This document shows, in pieces, positions 28,454 to 36,940 of a stretch of DNA of 64,000 nt. Location of the stretch: the NCBI GenBank assembly GCA_050251815.1, contig JBFWMB010000001.1:43054-107053 (forward strand), read 5' to 3'. Position 1 is the stretch's first letter. Each line of letters opens with the position of its first letter. Position numbers and translations under genes: made by a program. Below the pieces are notes generated by a model that saw only the letters and a program-made list of their open reading frames with translations, was not told where the DNA came from and ran no database searches. Source of the DNA: Salinivirgaceae bacterium (GTDB lineage Bacteria; Bacteroidota; Bacteroidia; Bacteroidales; SZUA-534).

Positions 28454-29965
28454 TTATGCTTTTAAACCATTGGCGAGCATGTAATAAACCTCATTCCAAC
28501 GCAATTCTTTCTTCAATTCTGTTACATTGGTTTTCTTATCAATTAATACAAACTCCACATCGGCCATTTCTGCAAATGTTTCGATAAAATCGGGGGTAAG
28601 TGCTAAAGTAAAAGCGGAATGGTGCGTTCCCCCGGCATAAATCCAGGCAGCGGCTCCATCGGCCAGGTTGGGATGTGTTTTCCAAAAAGCCGAAGCAACA
28701 GGCAAAAGAGGTAATTTACCCAGCGGTTTAATTACATCGAGCGTGTTCACAATGAAACGGAACCGGTTCCCCATATCAATTAAGGTTACATTCATAGCAG
28801 GTCCGGTAGCACTTTCAAATACAAGCCGTGCCGGGGCATCTTTACCTCCGATTCCCAAAGGATGTACTTCGAGTCGAGGTTTTGCTGCTGCAATGGATGG
28901 ACAAATTTCGAGCATGTGTGAACCCAACACTCCTTCGTTGGCTGGATCGAGATGGTAGGTATAATCTTCCATAAAGGAACTCCCTCCCGATAAATCTTGC
29001 GACATAGTTTTTATTATGCGTAACATGGCCGCCTGTTTCCAGTCGCCCTCGGCACCAAAACCGTAACCGGCAGCCATTAAACGCTGCGAAGCCAGACCCG
29101 GCAACTGACTCAATCCAGTCAGGTTTTCGAAGTTGGTGGTATAGGCTTTAAAGTTACCCGCTTCCATAAATCGTTTTAGCGCGATTTCGTATCGTGCCTG
29201 CACCCTTACATTTTCATGATATTTATGGCCGGGTTTACAATTATCAGCCACCTGATACAGTTTTTCGTATTCCTGATAAAGTGCATCTACCTCGCTGTCG
29301 GTTACTTTATCTACGTAGGCAATTAAATCGCCCACACCAAAAGCTGAAATCTGCCAGCCAAACTTAATTTGGGCCTCCACCTTATCACCTTCGGTAACAG
29401 CTACTTCACGCATATTATCGCCAAAGCGGGCTACTTTTAATCCTTGTGAATCGTCCCAACCTATGGCTGTTCTGCACCAGGCTCCCACTTGTTCCTGCAC
29501 AGCCTTATCCTGCCAAAAGCCCACCACCACTTTACGGTTTTTCCGCATCCGGGAATTTATGAACCCGTATTCTCTATCGCCGTGAGCACTTTGGTGCAGG
29601 TTCATGTAATCCATATCAATTTTATCCCAGGGCAAATCGCGGTTAAATTGGGTGTGCAGGTGCATAAAGGGTTTATTCAATACTTTAAGTCCTGCTATCC
29701 ACATTTTAGCTGGCGAAAAGGTGTGCATCCAGGTAATGATACCTATACAGTTTTTATCGGAATTAGCTTCGATGCAAACTTCCAAAATCTCGTCCGGCGT
29801 TTTAACTACCGGTTTAAATACAATTTTTACCGGAACTTTTCCACTTTTGTTTAGTCCATCGACAATGGTGGAAGAATCTACATCAACTTGTTTCAGGGTT
29901 TCGGACCCGTAAAGGTGTTGACTACCTGTTATAAACCAAACGGTTTTATTTGATAAATTACTCAT
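28454..29965 (-). CDS. araA: L-arabinose isomerase
   Basis: WFITGSQHLYG, WMHTFSPAKMW, MNLHQSAHGDRE, RFGDNMR.VAVTEGDK, GFGAEGDWK, FMEDYTY, LGSHMLE, GGTHH. Confidence 0.97.
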   Translation of the reverse strand: MSNLSNKTVWFITGSQHLYGSETLKQVDVDSSTIVDGLNKSGKVPVKIVFKPVVKTPDEILEVCIEANSDKNCIGIITWMHTFSPAKMWIAGLKVLNKPFMHLHTQFNRDLPWDKIDMDYMNLHQSAHGDREYGFINSRMRKNRKVVVGFWQDKAVQEQVGAWCRTAIGWDDSQGLKVARFGDNMREVAVTEGDKVEAQIKFGWQISAFGVGDLIAYVDKVTDSEVDALYQEYEKLYQVADNCKPGHKYHENVRVQARYEIALKRFMEAGNFKAYTTNFENLTGLSQLPGLASQRLMAAGYGFGAEGDWKQAAMLRIIKTMSQDLSGGSSFMEDYTYHLDPANEGVLGSHMLEICPSIAAAKPRLEVHPLGIGGKDAPARLVFESATGPAMNVTLIDMGNRFRFIVNTLDVIKPLGKLPLLPVASAFWKTHPNLADGAAAWIYAGGTHHSAFTLALTPDFIETFAEMADVEFVLIDKKTNVTELKKELRWNEVYYMLANGLKA

Positions 29966-29992
29966 AGCAATAGTTTTAATTAATTCAATATT

Positions 29993-31711
29993 TTACCAGA
30001 AATAGATATAAAAGGCAACGGTGATGCTGATAATAATTGCCGAATGAATAACATCCCACTTGTCCCAACTGGCTCTTGTTTCTGCTTTTTGCTCCGGGGT
30101 AGCCGACCCAAAAGTAAGTCCCTGAATTTGCACAGCAGGTGCTGCTTTTGTAAAACGACTAACAACCATAATAACCAACATACTAAACACCAACATTCCA
30201 CCACTAAAAAACAACCAGTTTACATCGTAAAAAAGTACATAAAAAGGATTGTTTACTCCCATATCGGCTGCCCACACTTTAACATCGGAATATCCGGCAT
30301 TTCCGGCAAGCGTAGTGTATAACACCTTGGCTCCTAAACGTAAAATACCCACAATAAATCCGGCAATCATTCCCCACATTCCACCTTTAGGCGTTGGCCG
30401 GGTTGAAAGTACACCCAGTAAAAAGGCCGCTGCAATTCCCGGTGCCAAAACCGATTGTACATCCTGTAAATAGGTATACAATACATTGCCAATGCTTCGC
30501 ATTACAGGAATCCATAATATTCCAAGAACTACCACAACAATAGTCGCTGTACGGCCAACACTCAATAGCTTTTTTTCTGTTGCCTGGGGCCGGTATTTTT
30601 TATAAAAATCGATGGTGAATAACATCGATGAGGAATTAAATAAGGAAGCCAATGAACTCATGAGAGCCGCTAAAATTCCTGCTACTACAAGTCCTTTTAC
30701 CCCGGCGGGCAATAATTTTGCTACCAGGGTAGGAAAAGCAGCATCGGCCGAAGTTAAAGCAAATACTTCACCGTTAATCACCACGCCTTTTTGTGCCATG
30801 GCAAATGCAATCATTCCCGGAATCATAAATAAAAATACAGGGGTTAATTTAAGGTAAGCACCAAAGATGGTTCCCCGACGCGATTCTTTTTGGTTTTTAC
30901 CTGAAAGTACCCGTTGAACGATAAACTGGTCGGTACACCAATACCAGAAACCAATTACAGCGGAGCCAATAAAAACTCCCAGCCATGGAAAATCGGCATC
31001 ACGATTGCTTCGGATCAAATTCACCATACTGTCGCCGTATTCGTTCACCTGAACAGCGCTGGTAATTGCCAGTACTTCGTCCCAGCCACCCACAGCACGC
31101 AGACCAAGAACCACTATTATTAAAGAGCCTAACAATAAAATTGGCGTTTGCAAGACCGAAGTATACAATACCGATTTCATTCCACCAATTACGGTATAAA
31201 CAGCCGTAAGCAAAACCAGTCCAATGGCCGAAATCCAAAAGAAATCGATGCCCCAAACACTTTCGATACCAAATACCTCTTTAAAAACCAATCCGCCGGC
31301 ATAAACCGTAACAGCCACTTTGGTTAACACATAACTAACCAAAGAAATCAATGAAAGAATGGTGCGCGATTCGGAATTGTACCGTTTTTCGAGAAACTCG
31401 GGCATGGTAAAAACCATACTTCGCGAATAAAACGGAACAAATACCCAACCCAATATCAGAATCATCCACCCCTGAATCTCCCAGTGAGCCATAGCCATAC
31501 CACTGGAAGCTCCGGCTCCGGCTAAACCAATCAGGTGTTCAGAACCAATGTTTGATGCAAAAATGGAAGCTCCGATAGCAATCCAGGTTGCATCGCGCCC
31601 GGCCAGGAAGTAATCGCCTGAGCTATCCTGCTTTTGTTTAAATACCCACACGATGATTCCAACGAGTGCAAGCCCGAAAAGGCCTATTACAATCCAATCT
31701 AATGCTGCCAT
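29993..31711 (-). CDS. Sodium:solute symporter (probable L-arabinose permease)
   Basis: DYFLAGR, ASNIGSEHLIGLAG, TMPEFLEKRY, WYWCTDQFIVQRVL, AALMSSLAS.FNS; ~14 hydrophobic segments; lies in the ara operon. Confidence 0.9.
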   Translation of the reverse strand: MAALDWIVIGLFGLALVGIIVWVFKQKQDSSGDYFLAGRDATWIAIGASIFASNIGSEHLIGLAGAGASSGMAMAHWEIQGWMILILGWVFVPFYSRSMVFTMPEFLEKRYNSESRTILSLISLVSYVLTKVAVTVYAGGLVFKEVFGIESVWGIDFFWISAIGLVLLTAVYTVIGGMKSVLYTSVLQTPILLLGSLIIVVLGLRAVGGWDEVLAITSAVQVNEYGDSMVNLIRSNRDADFPWLGVFIGSAVIGFWYWCTDQFIVQRVLSGKNQKESRRGTIFGAYLKLTPVFLFMIPGMIAFAMAQKGVVINGEVFALTSADAAFPTLVAKLLPAGVKGLVVAGILAALMSSLASLFNSSSMLFTIDFYKKYRPQATEKKLLSVGRTATIVVVVLGILWIPVMRSIGNVLYTYLQDVQSVLAPGIAAAFLLGVLSTRPTPKGGMWGMIAGFIVGILRLGAKVLYTTLAGNAGYSDVKVWAADMGVNNPFYVLFYDVNWLFFSGGMLVFSMLVIMVVSRFTKAAPAVQIQGLTFGSATPEQKAETRASWDKWDVIHSAIIISITVAFYIYFW

Positions 31712-31754
31712 AAATTATAAGTTTTGCGTTTCTATTTTGGTTAATATAAATTGA

Positions 31755-32447
31755 TTAGATACCCGTCACATCAAAGGCAAAACCTCTGGCTGAAAGGTCT
31801 TCATACTTTTCGCGATTAAATGCATACAAATAAGCGCCCTTGCGCGAACTTGTCTTGTCTTTAGCTTCGAGTCGATCCAACAATTTCATCGATAAAAACT
31901 TGCGCCGAAAGTTAGCCGGATCGACCGACCGTTGATAAATTGCCTCGTAAAGGTTTCGTAACTGAATAATGGTAAACTTTGACGGCAAAAGCTCAAAACC
32001 AATGGGTTGTGTTTTTGCTTTTCGTTTTAAGCGTCGCAAGGCTTTTTCAAGTATTTCAGTGTGATCGAAAATCAAAGGCGGTAATTGATCGAGTGTAAAC
32101 CATCGGGCACTGTATTGATCCAATAATTTTTTATCGTAATCATTTATATTTATTAAAGCATAATACCCAATGCTGATAACCCGGGCTGCCGGATCGCGAT
32201 TTACCTCAGAAAAAGCGCTTAATTGTTCAAGATAAACATCTTTTAAACCAGATATCCGTGCTAATACACGACTGGCTGCCTGGTCTAAGTTTTCCCCTTT
32301 TTTAAGAAAACCACCCATTAAAGACCAACTGCCCTGCTCGGGCATAAAGTCGCGCTGATAAACCAGGAGTTTAAGTTGAGCACCATCGAATCCAAAAATC
32401 ACACAATCGACAGCTAAATAGAAGGTATCTTTATCGGTATAAGTCAC
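31755..32447 (-). CDS. NrtR-family Nudix-wHTH regulator, AraR-like
   Basis: AVDCVIFGFD, WSL.GGF, YLEQL..F....RDP..RV, L.FDH, GFELLP.KFT..QL..LYE, D.ANFRRK; first gene of the ara operon as in Bacteroides araR; GTG start. Confidence 0.85.
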   Translation of the reverse strand: MTYTDKDTFYLAVDCVIFGFDGAQLKLLVYQRDFMPEQGSWSLMGGFLKKGENLDQAASRVLARISGLKDVYLEQLSAFSEVNRDPAARVISIGYYALININDYDKKLLDQYSARWFTLDQLPPLIFDHTEILEKALRRLKRKAKTQPIGFELLPSKFTIIQLRNLYEAIYQRSVDPANFRRKFLSMKLLDRLEAKDKTSSRKGAYLYAFNREKYEDLSARGFAFDVTGI

Positions 32448-32836
32448 AATAATCTTTTGTTTATTGTTATTCGTATTTACAAAAGTCGCTAATACCTTTA
32501 TCTTTTACAATAGCTTTTAATGAAATAATTATTTGTCCACTGTTTTGGATGTTTATCCACCTATAAAAAGCTTCAAACACCTGATATTATGGCTCTAACA
32601 ATAATAATAGAAATCATTACTAGTTAGGCGAGGCTGGCACAACATGTGTATGATGAGTTAAACCCATTCCGACTTAGTAAACCTCTAATCCTATCATTTC
32701 AGGGCAAGATGTGACAGGTACATTTATTTGTTATGGCCTGAAGAAAAGAAATAGCCCATATAAACAGCAAAAGCATATTGTATGTGGTTGTATTCTATAA
32801 CAACTGTTGGCTGTCTGAATATAAGATTTTACAATA

Positions 32837-33667
32837 TCAGCGCATATCCGGTTCCACAAACCTGTTGCGGTTGGCCTGAAACTGTTTGATTAGCAGTACG
32901 GAAAGAGTTCCGGGCATCCCGGTTCCAACCGGTTTTCCGTTAATTGAAACAATGGGCATTACCTGTTTGGTGGTACTGGTAATAAACACTTCCTGCGCAG
33001 CAGAAAGCAACGGCACCGGAACATCGGTAATTTTCAGGGGAAGGTTCAATTCCCGAATCAATTCGATTACTATGCTCCGGGTTATTCCAAATAAAATATT
33101 AGCCCCAGGGGTATAAATAAGCTCATCGATTGCCAGAAAAATATTTCCCCGCGAGGTTTCACGCAGGAGATTGTCGGAGTAATAAAGTACATCGACTGCA
33201 TTGATCTGGTCCATTTCGTGTTTATAATATTCGGATGCCTGGTAATCGGTTGATTTGGCTTCGGGTAAAAAGCGCTGGTATTCTTTCATTAAAAGATGCA
33301 TTCCCTGCGTGTAGGCCGATTGGGGAAATGGAGGAATATGAACCGGAAACATATACAAACCAGCCTGAATTGCGTTATCGGAAGATTCCTTTGGCAAAGC
33401 CAGGATTTTTATGTAAGCGTTTTTAATTTGGTTCCTTGCTATCAGATCCTCAACAAGATCTTCCAGCTGGCCGGTAAAAGCAGTTTCAAGACGCATTAGC
33501 TTAAGCGTGTTTCGGAAACGGGCCAAATGCCTTTCTACAAACAAGGGCCTGCCCAACAATACCTCAAAAAACTCATAGGCTCCATAGCCCCTGTTAACAG
33601 CCAGGCTATGCACGGGGAAATTCAAGTGAGCGCTATTTTCAAATACCCCATTATTAAATGCAAGCAT
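32837..33667 (-). CDS. Class IV PLP-dependent aminotransferase (BCAT/D-AAT/ADC lyase family)
   Basis: RGYG.YE, H..R, AKSTDY (PLP Lys), ETSRGNIF, IL.GITR, EVFITST...MP. Confidence 0.82.
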   Translation of the reverse strand: MLAFNNGVFENSAHLNFPVHSLAVNRGYGAYEFFEVLLGRPLFVERHLARFRNTLKLMRLETAFTGQLEDLVEDLIARNQIKNAYIKILALPKESSDNAIQAGLYMFPVHIPPFPQSAYTQGMHLLMKEYQRFLPEAKSTDYQASEYYKHEMDQINAVDVLYYSDNLLRETSRGNIFLAIDELIYTPGANILFGITRSIVIELIRELNLPLKITDVPVPLLSAAQEVFITSTTKQVMPIVSINGKPVGTGMPGTLSVLLIKQFQANRNRFVEPDMR

Positions 33668-33768
33668 AAATCTTTGAGAGACAGGTTCAAATTTTCAAAA
33701 ACATAAAATTACTTAACTATAAAATTAGCTTTCTTAGATCTAAACAAATGCGATGCCTATAAAACAGT

Positions 33769-35589
33769 TTATGCATATTCATGCACTGAAATGGCTTTGT
33801 ATTTTGGGCTATTAGCCGGTACAAGCATTTGTTTTGCAACCAACTCGGCCAAATCGCTTACCTTAACAGGCGAAACAGCCCCTAAGGTTTTTTTACACAG
33901 GGGACATGCTGTAACCAACAATTCGGGATTAGGCTCGCTTAACTTAACAACTGTATCCTGAGCAATAGTCTGCTTGTTTTGTTCCGATATACACTGATTG
34001 GCCAAACTACCTCCACAGCACAACGCATTTTCATTTGAATAATTATTCTCCATCAAAAACGCTGTCGATTGAATAACATTGCGAGGCGCTTTATAAATAC
34101 CTGAACCGCGGCCCAATTCGCAAGGATCGTGGTAAACCACTTTTAAGGCTGATCTTTTAAGCTTTAACCGTCCTGCTCCTAATAACTGATTAATGTATTC
34201 GCTGTGATGCAACACATGTAATGGCAGTCGGTAGTCTTCCTTAAAGATTTTATAACATATGGGACAAGAAGTGACCAAAGTATGTGCTCCACTCTGCATT
34301 ATCAATTGTCGGTTTCGCTTTACCAATTCCTCCGCAGCTTTCAACTGACCCGCCAGTTTTAGTGGCCGTCCGCAACACGCACCCTGTTCCTTATCCATAA
34401 ACCAATAATTTTCACCAGCCTGTTTAAAAATCTGTTCCATGGAGTTTTTTATGTTTGGGGTTAAATGCGTCATGCAACCGGCAAAATATACCACATCGGC
34501 GGTGTTGGTTTGTTCGGGTATGAAAGCATAGTTTTCTTTTTTGCTTTCATAAAAATCGGGTTTATGCATCAGGCGCAAAGCGGTTAAATCAATTCCAACC
34601 GGACAAAGCGACTCGCAGCGTCCACATAGTAAACAATTCTCAGCCAATTCCCGGTAATTTTCATCATTTCGCACACGCTGAATAAAATATACCGACTGGC
34701 TTTTATTTACCTGGTTTAAATTGTTTAGCTGACAGGTATCGATACAAATACCACATTTGGGACAGGAATAGATTTCGACTTCTTTTAATACCCGATTGTT
34801 TGCTTTTAATTTTAATCCCCAATGACGGAAAAAAATCAAAAGCATTTCGGTTGGTATATGCATGTATCGGGTAAAAGGCAAACCCACAAAAAATACCCCC
34901 AATGAAATAGAATAAGCCCACCAGGCAGGATAAATAAGGTGTTCAAGAGGCAAAAAAGACTGGAACGTACTACCCAGAGAGGCAGTTAAAAATCCACCCG
35001 ACTGATAATAACCCGATGTAAAGCTTTCGGCTAATAAACGTAAGGGGAAAATGAACCACAAAGCAGTTAATACGAGCTTATCGACAAGTTTTAGCTTTGT
35101 GGTTTTCTTTAATCCTACTGTTTTGGCATTAAACCGTTTGGCAAAGGCCATAAACAAACCCGAAAGCACAAACAACAAGAGTAAATCCATTAACTGGGCA
35201 AAACCCCACGAAAAAAAGAAATGGTGTTGTTCAGGTACAAAGTAGCGAAAGAATATGGGGAAATACAGGGGAGCCGATCCTTTTACAAAAATGTGAGCTT
35301 CGATAGCACCCACCACAATAAGCAAGAACCAACCAAAGGCAAGGCTCATATGCATGTATCCCAGGCGGGGATTCACTTTAAAAATTTTCCGGTGGATTAA
35401 TCCTTCTGCAACTATTTCCCGAAGCGCAAAGAGTGTTCGGCGGGTTAAAAGCCGGTGCCTAATCTTTTTTTTGTCTTGTGCATCCAAGTGCCAAATCCAG
35501 GTTCCATATTTAACAAACAAAAACCCCAATAACAGAAGCATTCCTACTGTAAACGGAAGAACAAAAGGATCATAATACATGGCATTCAT
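33769..35589 (-). CDS. Membrane-anchored Fe-S oxidoreductase: NarI-like TM domain + 2x[4Fe-4S] + two CCG domains (HdrE/D- or HdrF-like fusion)
   Basis: About 5-6 TM helices ending LPFTRYMH; CPKCGICIDTC and CLLCGRCESLCP; FAGC..CCG..SCPIC and HDPC..CCG..ACPLC. Confidence 0.82.
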   Translation of the reverse strand: MNAMYYDPFVLPFTVGMLLLLGFLFVKYGTWIWHLDAQDKKKIRHRLLTRRTLFALREIVAEGLIHRKIFKVNPRLGYMHMSLAFGWFLLIVVGAIEAHIFVKGSAPLYFPIFFRYFVPEQHHFFFSWGFAQLMDLLLLFVLSGLFMAFAKRFNAKTVGLKKTTKLKLVDKLVLTALWFIFPLRLLAESFTSGYYQSGGFLTASLGSTFQSFLPLEHLIYPAWWAYSISLGVFFVGLPFTRYMHIPTEMLLIFFRHWGLKLKANNRVLKEVEIYSCPKCGICIDTCQLNNLNQVNKSQSVYFIQRVRNDENYRELAENCLLCGRCESLCPVGIDLTALRLMHKPDFYESKKENYAFIPEQTNTADVVYFAGCMTHLTPNIKNSMEQIFKQAGENYWFMDKEQGACCGRPLKLAGQLKAAEELVKRNRQLIMQSGAHTLVTSCPICYKIFKEDYRLPLHVLHHSEYINQLLGAGRLKLKRSALKVVYHDPCELGRGSGIYKAPRNVIQSTAFLMENNYSNENALCCGGSLANQCISEQNKQTIAQDTVVKLSEPNPELLVTACPLCKKTLGAVSPVKVSDLAELVAKQMLVPANSPKYKAISVHEYA

Positions 35590-35908
35590 CGTTTAATAAG
35601 GTTTCACGTGTTTTGAGTATCAAATTTCTCAGATTCACTCCCCGGGGGCAGGCCAGCGTGCATTTTCCACACAACATGCACTTTGCCACTTCCGATTTTA
35701 AATCGTCGTATTCGCCTCGCTGAAGCAAAACATTCAAACGCCTGATATTAAATGGGGTCAGGTTGCCTGCTGTGCAGGTCGCTGTGCAGGCTCCACAGGC
35801 AATACAGATACGAAGCGAAGGCTCGAGCGCTAAAACTTTATTCATTATAGCCCGATTGTTTTTATCGTAATTAATTTGATTTGTTGTTTCTATTTTAAAA
35901 CCCCACAT
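35570..35908 (-). CDS. Small HdrC-like 2x[4Fe-4S] protein
   Basis: CIACGACTATC and CMLCGKCTLACPRGV; overlaps the next gene. Confidence 0.82.
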   Translation of the reverse strand: MWGFKIETTNQINYDKNNRAIMNKVLALEPSLRICIACGACTATCTAGNLTPFNIRRLNVLLQRGEYDDLKSEVAKCMLCGKCTLACPRGVNLRNLILKTRETLLNDECHVL

Positions 35909-35913
35909 GCTAC

Positions 35914-36936
35914 TTAATTTGTTAAATACTCATGAATGCGCAATGCAGCTGCCCTTGCCTGCGAAATGGTGTCGGTAATATTCATGGGAGCCAGACAGGC
36001 TCCGGCCATAAACACTCCCGGGGAATCGCTTAACTGATAGTCGAAGTGATTGTCCTTACTTTTAAAAAAACGGTTATCGCCCATTGGCAGTTTAAATTGC
36101 CGCGAAATTTGCTCGCTTCCCACAGCCGGAATCATTCCTGCCATTAATACCAACAAATCGGTATTCATCCGCAATGGTTTCGATGCCAATGTATCTTCGG
36201 CCTTAATTTGCAGCGAGCCATCTTTATTTTGCGAAGCTTCGGATATTTTCCCCCGAATAAACACGATTCCCCACTTTTCCTGGGCCTCGCGATACAGTTC
36301 TTCATAGTAAGGGCCAAACATCCGCATATCCATATAAAAACAAAACACTTCGGTTTCGGGCATGCGTTCTTTAAACTCAATGGCCTGTTTAACCGCTGTA
36401 ACACAACAAACCTTTGAACAGTAGTGGTTGTTAACTTTAGCATCGCGCGAGCCCACACAGTGCACAAAGGCAACGCGTTTAACGGGTTTTGTGAATTGAG
36501 CAGCCAAATCGTTAGTCTGAAAAAGTTGCTCTAAATCACTATTTGTTATTACCTGATTGTAAATACCGTAGCCATACTCTTCTTTTTTCTCCGCATCAAA
36601 CAATTCAAATCCTGTAGTAATAAGCACAGCATTGGCATCAATGGCTTTTTTTTCACTCAAAACCAATTGGTACCGGGAATCTTTTTGTGTTACATCGAGA
36701 ACAGCAGTATTTACCATGACATCAATATTTGCCTGATTAACCTCCTGTTTGAGTTTATGTAATAAATCCTTTGCCGGACGCCGATCGGGGAATAAATGGT
36801 GCCAATTAGTTAAATGACCTCCCGTAGACTCTTTTTTCTCGATAAGAACGACGTGGTGCCCCAGTTTTGCCAGACTGGCCGATGCCTCCATACCTGCCGG
36901 CCCTGCTCCTATTATTGCTATTGTTTTTGTTTGCAT
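35914..36936 (-). CDS. Short HdrA-like flavoprotein (340 aa, no ferredoxin insert)
   Basis: IIGAGPAG Rossmann fold, EYGYG, HCVGSRD...YCSKVCC cluster motif, YMDMR, FIRGK, G.C..P..I..TI.QA.AAA. Confidence 0.88.
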   Translation of the reverse strand: MQTKTIAIIGAGPAGMEASASLAKLGHHVVLIEKKESTGGHLTNWHHLFPDRRPAKDLLHKLKQEVNQANIDVMVNTAVLDVTQKDSRYQLVLSEKKAIDANAVLITTGFELFDAEKKEEYGYGIYNQVITNSDLEQLFQTNDLAAQFTKPVKRVAFVHCVGSRDAKVNNHYCSKVCCVTAVKQAIEFKERMPETEVFCFYMDMRMFGPYYEELYREAQEKWGIVFIRGKISEASQNKDGSLQIKAEDTLASKPLRMNTDLLVLMAGMIPAVGSEQISRQFKLPMGDNRFFKSKDNHFDYQLSDSPGVFMAGACLAPMNITDTISQARAAALRIHEYLTN

Positions 36937-36940
36937 AATT

